A stretch of 62,465 nt of DNA. It comes from Chiloscyllium plagiosum (Eukaryota). The stretch lies in contig NC_057720.1 of assembly GCF_004010195.1 (NCBI RefSeq), positions 18,294,763 to 18,357,227 on the forward strand, read 5' to 3'. The notes beneath the pieces were generated by a model. It was not told where the DNA came from, did no database searches, and saw nothing but the letters and a program-made list of their open reading frames with translations. The position numbers and the translations under genes were made by a program. This document shows positions 61,930-62,465 of the stretch, piece by piece. Position 1 is the first letter of the stretch; each line of letters begins with the position of its first letter.

Positions 61930-62040
61930 TTTCCTGCATTACAGTGGTTACACTTTATAACCATTTCATTGGCTGTAAAGTGCTTTGGAACATCCTGAGG
62001 TTGTGAAAGATGCTACCGAAATGCAAGTCTTTATTTTTAT
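61930..62040 (+). mobile_element. Ancient SINE/L2-type 3' end (DeuSINE-like) in intron 4
   Basis: 'ttcattggctgtaaagtgctttggaacatcctgaggttgtgaaagatgct..aaatgcaagtcttt' resembles the SacSINE1/AmnSINE-type tail (recalled, not aligned). Confidence 0.55.
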
Positions 62041-62200
62041 TGCAGTAGTTAAATATATACAGAGCATTTAATCACAGATCTGAACATGGACATGAAAACA
62101 ATAATTTGTATTTATGCCATGCTTTCAACATTGTAAAGCATCTCATGATACTTCACAAAAGTGAAATTGTAGTAAAAACTGAGGATGGAGCTACTTGGAA

Positions 62201-62465
62201 GGAGAAAGTGAGGACTGCAGATGCTGGAGATCAGCGCTGAAAATGTGTTGCTGGAAAAGCGCAGCAGGTCAGGCAGCATCCAAGGAGCAGGAGAATCGAC
62301 GTTTCGGGCACGAGCCCTTCTTCAGGAATTAGGAAAGTGTGCCAAGCAGGCTAAAATAAAAGGTAGGGAGGAGGGACTTGGGGGAGGGGTGTTGGAAATA
62401 CGATAGGTGGAAGGAGGTTAGGGTGAGGGTGATAGGCCGGGGTGGGGGCGGAGAGGTCAGGAAGA
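62201..62465 (-). mobile_element. Young PLE 3' end in rpl5 intron 4 (runs off the window)
   Basis: 'ggagaaagtgaggactgcagatgctggagatcagcgctgaaaatgtgttgctgg' family end, with an intact hammerhead-like core on the minus strand. Confidence 0.9.

Overview
Eukaryotic (vertebrate) genomic DNA, almost certainly from a shark or other elasmobranch, judged from HE1-like V-SINEs, CR1/HER1-like LINEs and shark-type Penelope tails. It is dominated by retroelements and has three assembly gaps (13599-13648, 44541-45040, 55094-55320). The only host gene identifiable from sequence is the 5' half of ribosomal protein L5 (rpl5/uL18, + strand): TOP-type start near 56065, an ATG-only exon 1 (56143-56145), and exons 2-4 at 61090-61680, with a non-canonical GC-AG intron 2. 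A CpG island at about 12.7-13.75 kb probably holds the first exon of a divergently transcribed gene (EVI5 by vertebrate synteny; inference only). Between these lie a full-length decayed L1 with a TPRT signature, a Gmr1-like LTR retrotransposon (PR-INT-RT-RH order), a candidate env-bearing retroelement relic, a solo LTR, many CR1/L2 and Penelope-like (PLE) fragments, and a family of short, often palindromic PLE-tail insertions with 11-16 bp TSDs carrying a hammerhead-ribozyme-like core. I see no CRISPR or prokaryotic system. Most ORFs in the track are TE remnants or spurious. Repeat boundaries are approximate unless TSDs are quoted.
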